A DNA stretch of 64,000 nucleotides from Octopus vulgaris (Eukaryota), in NCBI GenBank assembly GCA_951406725.2, contig OX597830.1:11656001-11720000 (forward strand). Reading direction: 5' to 3'. Shown here one piece after another: positions 62,705 through 64,000 of this stretch. The first letter of the stretch is position 1, and every line of letters starts with the position of its first letter. The notes beneath the pieces were generated by a model, which was not told where the DNA came from, searched no databases, and was given only the letters and a program-made list of their open reading frames with translations. The position numbers and the translations under genes are program-made.

Positions 62705-63805
62705 ATTCGTTTTAAAACCTTTTGTGTTTGTTGGAGAAAGAGAACGAGAACTTATTTTGTTTTTTCTTCCGCCTTGCAACTGACCATTCCTCCTCACTTA
62801 CCTCGGTAGATGTGGACGGTCTAGCTTCCTCTGCGCAATCCTCTTCCACTGTCTTCTCTGCCTCTTCCAGCTTCTCTACCTCCTCACCTGGAGCGTCCTC
62901 GTTAGGCTTTTCTTGCTGTTCCTTTTGTTCATCCTGTTTTTCCCCCCTGTGCTTCAGGTTGAAGGATCTGGGGGCACGTTTTCCATATGTGTCCCTTCAG
63001 TCCGCACTAGAAACACCTTGGGGTTCTGTTCTGGACCGAGACTCAGTTTTGTCTCATCAGGCAGAATTATAAATTCTGGAATTTCCTCCAATTCTGCTGG
63101 TGTGTCTTGAATTGTCGCCCGAAAACTCCCACCACACCAGTTCTGCATTTTTTCCCCCTCGAACTCCAGCAGTTTCACCTCCTCCTTGATACTGGAGCAA
63201 GCGGCTGCCAGAAGCCACACCGATCTAATTTCGGGTGGATAACCTTCTATTGCGATTTTTGTGGTTCTTTTGCCAAGGTATGACGGTAAAAGAGCCGGCT
63301 CGTTCGTGTGTAGGGTCGCGGAATCCTCCCTAGCGTCGTATTCTGACTTGAATTGTACCTCGATGGTACCGAATTTCTTTCCTCTTTTCATGAATGCCAC
63401 CTTGAACAATATAGGCTTTAAGGTCTTTTCAACTTCTTCAGTAGACACCAATCTTCGTTTTAAAAGATAGTGTTTTATAAATTATTGTCCTTTTTCTTGT
63501 TTCTTCACGTTTGCTCCCTATTCTCGCAGAAATGGTTGAAATTTTTTCACGGCCTCTGGCCTGATGTTGTATCTTCTTTGTTTTTTACCGACCTCTGCTG
63601 CATAACCTTCCACACTTTCTTCTGAGTCACTCCAACACTTCATACAAACCATTAGTCATTCTGTGCGGGTTCAATTACCACACAAAATGCAAACAATTCA
63701 CCCCTAATGGAAGAACACGAGGTGGTCCCAATGGGAACAACTGCAACAAAACGACGTCAAACAACAAATAACCAACCGCAACTCAAGGAAACACGGCACA
63801 CTGTT
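62705..63805 (-). mobile_element. L1/Tx1-like LINE 5'UTR and ORF1 remnant
   Basis: ORF 62954-63451 (FGTIEVQF, LPSYLGKRTTKI); after a frameshift RTPRCF*CGLKGHIWKTCP, a CCHC zinc knuckle, followed by a charged tail. Confidence 0.65.
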
Positions 63806-64000
63806 GATTCTTTATTAGCCACTAAGGACTCAGACGCAGATACGGACGATACAAGGACAGACAAGACAGTACAAGTGAGGACATAAAACATACAACGATG
63901 AATGAAAAATGACAAATGTACAAAAAGGGGATGGTCGTCCTTGCTTGAGCCCCACCCTCAAGCAATCGCGTTTACTGTTCTTTACAATCCAATTAATTAT
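63806..64000 (-). mobile_element. 3' end of an upstream LINE-like element
   Basis: Minus strand ends ...ttgtctgtccttgtatcgtcc...gtggctaataaagaa and abuts the ORF1 element's 5' end. Confidence 0.5.

Overview
Eukaryotic, AT-rich, repeat-dense DNA. The SINE/RTE/MITE repertoire is typical of an octopus (cephalopod) genome; this is inferred, not proven. There is one intact gene: a 4-exon ATG12 on the minus strand (9113..38, 124 aa). Plus-strand exons at 20038-28330 match Rheb exons 5-8 in size, phase and sequence but carry disabling lesions, so this is a probable unprocessed pseudogene. Most of the rest is transposon-derived: two tRNA-derived SINE families, RTE, CR1 and L1/Tx1-like LINE fragments, Gypsy, hAT (Buster/Charlie), mariner/Tc1, Helitron, piggyBac-like and Merlin-like MITEs, and Penelope-like elements. 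Highlights: (i) short fold-back elements carrying minimal type I hammerhead ribozymes (19.4-19.8 kb, 33.3-34.0 kb); (ii) an ~8 kb 32-bp satellite that appears to have been born inside a Penelope endonuclease-region coding sequence at a deletion junction; (iii) a likely SINE/LINE partner pair visible in the window; (iv) a frame-preserving 165-bp minisatellite inside the Rheb-like locus. All calls come from reading the sequence by eye; no database searches were run, and repeat boundaries are approximate unless TSDs are quoted.
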